Assembly: GCA_029953675.1 (NCBI GenBank)
Contig: JAMWBK010000008.1
Span: forward strand, 992,001 to 1,056,000
Direction: 5' to 3'
Source: Rhodosorus marinus CCMP1338
Lineage: Eukaryota > Plantae > Rhodophyta
DNA length: 64,000 nt
Part shown: positions 60,450 through 64,000 of the stretch, piece after piece
Layout: the number at the start of each line of letters is the position of its first letter
Numbering within the stretch: position 1 is the first letter of the stretch
The notes under the pieces: model-generated
Database searches by the model: none
What the model was told of the DNA's origin: nothing
The model's input: the letters and a program-made list of their open reading frames with translations, nothing else
Made by a program: the position numbers and the translations under genes

Positions 60450-61922
60450 ATGTTTTACGTCACTGCGGAAGCATGTGAAGAGGACGCGAGTGTGACGGCC
60501 GGGTTACAGGCGATCTATGGTCCGAATGCTGATATTGTCGCGGCGACCTTGAGGATCTACGCGGACGCTTCTGAGGGTAGCGGTTCTTCTGCGCATGATG
60601 CTTTCTTGATTACAGCGCTTCCGGCTGATGTGCTTCCCCTCGAGATACCTACAGACGCTGAATGTATCGTCCTGGTTGATCCCAGACGTGCAGCGGCTTA
60701 CCACAGCCTGATACTGAGGAACTTGTCGACCCCTCCTTCGGCGAAAGGGAGACCGCTCAGGATCCTTCCGGTCAAGGACAGCCCTCACGTCTTAGCGTCC
60801 AACGCTCTCTTAGAACTCCCTTCATGCCCAGTGTGTTTCGAGAGACTGGACCAATCGACAATTGGATTGGAGCCTCTAGGCGCGGAGATGCGACTACCAG
60901 ACTGGCCCAATGACTCTTGTCCGGTTTGTAATTACTTGGAAGTGTGTCCATGCTGTTTCTCAACGCTCGCTCTGGAAAACGACTATACTAACAACGAACC
61001 CACCTCAACCGGCATTTATTCTTCTAGGGGAAACCAGAGCAAAGGAAAGCTGTCTGCTGCATGAAGTGCGGTACGAGAAAATCGCTTTGGTTATGCTTGC
61101 TGTGTGGATTTTCTGGATGCGGACGGTACTTCAAGAGCCATGCACGTCGTCACTATCACGAATCTAGTCATCGGTTTTCCCTGGACGTCGAATCGAGCCG
61201 AGTCTGGGACTACGTTGGGGACAAGTTTGTTCACAACGTTCGCACTGGTCTCATAGCGGACGAACAAATCCACTCGGAAGGAAAGAGGATAGAACAGGAC
61301 CACAGCGAACTGGCAGAGGAGCAGGAGGTCCTCAACGCAACGTACGAGTCTAAGCTAGACGCTATCGTAAGTGAATACAAGAATTTGCTGGAAAAGCAGC
61401 TGGAGAGCCAGCAAATGTACTACGAGGAGCAGATAGAGAGGCGGGTCACTAGGTTGTAAGCAATCCCACCTTCGCTTTCGAAAACTTATTTGCACGATTT
61501 CTGATAGTATCAACTCTGTGTTGAGAACAGGGAGACCGAAGAGGGGCCTCTTCTGAAAAAGCTGCTGGAGGCAAACACCGCTCGGAGGGAAGTAGATAGT
61601 GCGAACGCAGCTCTTGAAAAAGAGATCCGGTCACTTACCAAAACGTCCACGGACTGTGAGAAACAGTTGCAAAAGATTGAGTCCGAGCAGGAATGGCAGC
61701 ATTCTCTGAACGACATGATGATCCGAGATCAGGTGAGCATGCTACCATCAGTCGTCACGACTCTGTCTCTTCACCGACTCAGTTGCGTGGTCGTGGACGT
61801 GTGACTCGCAGGCCAAATGGAAGCAACTTGTGTCTGAAGCTGAAGCCAAATTGAAAGCGAAAGAGAGGGAGAAGGAGGAGTTGACTGAAGAGCTAGAGCA
61901 GCTGTTGTCGAAGATATCATAG
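60450..61922 (+). CDS. BRAP2/IMP/ETP1-like protein (degenerate RING, zf-UBP, coiled coil), 4 exons
   Basis: ELPSCPVCFERLD...WP..SCPVC, then CMKCG..SLWLCLLCG..GCGRY..HARRH...SRVWDYVGDKFVH, then LESQ..YYE coiled coil; introns are phase-compatible. Confidence 0.9.
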
Positions 61923-63263
61923 AGCGTCATAGTACCTTTATCTGCCCAGATACCCTTTTGTCGGGCGGCCGCAGACCGCTGTAGACCATGAACAGACTAA
62001 CGACCAATGTGGATTCGTACAGAACAGGAAATATCGATCCACCCGCGTACCTTTCCAGACACTGTCATACTTCCGAACTATCGCAGGGCTACGCGGAGCG
62101 GCTAGTTCGCCCCAAGAGCCCAGTACATTTACGAAAAAAATGTTACTGTGAACTGGGCATACTCAACAAAGGTTTAAAGACGCAATGTTAACTTAAGGTT
62201 ACGGGATGAGCAGTAGCAGCGAGCGAAGTACATATCCAGTGTACACGTCATCTCACGTCACCTTGGGCGACGTCCATTCTTATGTTGATCGCTTGCTGGT
62301 TTCACAAGGACTTGTACTCTGTTTTCTGTACTAGAGCAGATTTACAAGTCGAGTTTTTACCAGCCACTACCTCCTGATCGGAACATCCATCTCAATGGCT
62401 TCAGTCAAACTAATACCAATGTGCCGACAACTCGAGGTTAGATCAGTGGAAGATTGATCTGTCGAGGAATGAGCGACTCTATCGATGCTCTAACGGACTG
62501 AACGAACCCCAACCCCAACCCCCCCAAAATTTTCGTCTTGATCAAACCGAAATATAAAACTGAGTATCTTAGCAAAGGGTGGGTAAGTAATGGATGGATA
62601 CAGAAATGTTTTAATATGTTTGTTTTGAGTTGACCCAATACTACCGGAGGGGATCTCGATTTCGTCAATGATGGAATCTTGGGTTATCAATATCAACTTT
62701 CCAACCCCTCCAAAAAATCGTCAGTTTTTCTCGCTTTTGTGCGCCTTTCTTCACCGTGAATAATTGCAACGTTTTAAGTCCAAACCCAGTCTCTAAAATT
62801 TATCATAAACAGAATTTTCCTGAGATTTTGTATTGTTCAAGGGGTAGCCCGTGTGGATTGATATATTCTGATGGCTGTGGTTTTAATAAAAAAATCAAGT
62901 GGTTGATCGAAAGTCAATCCTGCAAAAATGGTTGTTAGCTCCTGTTAGAGTCGGGAAGTTATGCATCGGAAAAACGTGCTCACGAGTGGTGGAAGAGGTG
63001 AAATGGGAGTTGAGTCTGGTGATCGTGGAAGGGATCTGGAACATAAAAAGGATTATAAAAGAGTGGTTTGAGAGGGAGGAGTAGAGGAAGTGGTGTTCTC
63101 TACTTTTTTTGGAAACTCCCCGCGGTTGCTGGGTGAGAGACGCAGGGTTTGTTGTATTCGTCAGGGTCGGGTTTTAGAGGATCGGTGACGGAGGTTGGTT
63201 TGTGCTGGGCATAGATCGGCTTTGGATTTCGACGCTGTGTTGTTGCTCGAGAAGTGATCCGGG

Positions 63264-64000
63264 ATGGGGTCTCTGTTGAGATCCGAGGACATGACTAAGC
63301 TTCAAATTGTCTTCGATGAAGTTGCGGCTCATGATACTGTTGACGAACTGGGGAAGACAGGGATGTTCGAGTTCGAAGATCAAAACGAGGATATTTCGGA
63401 CTTCCAACGGCATTTTGCACCGAACATTCGACGATGTGAGGAGCTCCAACGCCGCCTCCGCTTCCTCGCCGAGGAAATGAAGAAGCTCGACTTGGAGCCC
63501 GATGATGACTACACTCAGGTGCCAGAGGAGGGCTTGAGGTTTGACAATTTGGAAAGCCTTTTGGAAAAGCTCGAGGCGAATATTCAAAGCCTTAACATCA
63601 ACTGTAGTCAGTTAGAAGACAATCACAACACGCTTGTAGAACAGAAGGTTGTACTTGAGAAGGGTGCAGAGTTCTTCAAGAATGCGCCGGTCGTCACCAA
63701 GTCTTCCTATGGTGCAACAGATGCAATTGTTAGTCTCTCCTCTACCATGGAGGCTTTGGGAGCTCAGAAAACATTATCCTTTCGGTTAGCGCCCAGAAAA
63801 GAATCTGATTCCCGAACCCCAGACTACGTAACCCCGAAGTTTGTTGTTGACATTGACTCGTTGTGTCTAGGCAATCTGGAAAGTCTGGAGAAGAACTGCT
63901 GCTTAATCAGCAGTCGGTCTCTGTAGGAACCCCTGATCTTCTGAACACTACTATGGGTCTTCTTACCAAGAGCAAGGTGCAAGCCTTCGATCGCTTGCTG
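63264..64000 (+). CDS. VPH1: V-type ATPase V0 subunit a (VPH1/ATP6V0A), 5' part only
   Basis: LLRSEDM, ELGKTGMFEFEDQN, FQRHF...IRRCEELQRRLRFL; the next exon reads MGLLTKSKVQAFDRLL and runs off the window. Confidence 0.93.

Noticed and set aside
1-64000. tRNA, rRNA, snRNA genes and autonomous transposons
   Set aside because: No T-loop/D-loop tRNA pattern, snRNA hallmark, or RT, integrase or transposase motif was seen by eye; tRNAscan-SE, Infernal and RepeatMasker would be needed to exclude them.

Overview
A gene-dense eukaryotic window with short GT-AG introns and the standard genetic code. It is most likely from an intron-rich red alga. This is an inference from Phe-containing primary-plastid transit peptides ([10 protein letters not shown]..., MVVGFAQG...), a CYP710, a plant-type isopropylmalate isomerase and a SIK1-like kinase tail. 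Recognisable genes: CBM48 protein, PUB protein, DUF202/VTC1-like, anamorsin/DRE2, class I HDAC, PiT/PHO4 phosphate transporter, EDC4/VARICOSE C-terminal-like, CYP710, ECO1/ESCO-like, IPMI large subunit, RlmI-like methyltransferase, RINGv E3, eRF1, COQ3, SIK1/MAP4K-like kinase, CDC26 (absent from the ORF track), BRAP2-like and V-ATPase subunit a (cut by the window edge). The top observation is a spliced minus-strand gene at about 43.7-46.2 kb with ADAR/ADAD architecture (two dsRBDs plus an ADAR/Tad1-type deaminase domain). Its catalytic Glu and Zn-binding Cys appear to be lost, and this architecture is normally regarded as animal-specific. Several other conserved proteins here also look degenerate (ECO1, BRAP2 RING, kinase, anamorsin, EDC4). 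There are also three unexplained inverted-repeat structures: a 60-bp perfect palindrome, a ~170-nt foldback and an alternating 43-bp triple repeat. All gene models were assembled by eye, so exon boundaries are approximate and no database searches were run.
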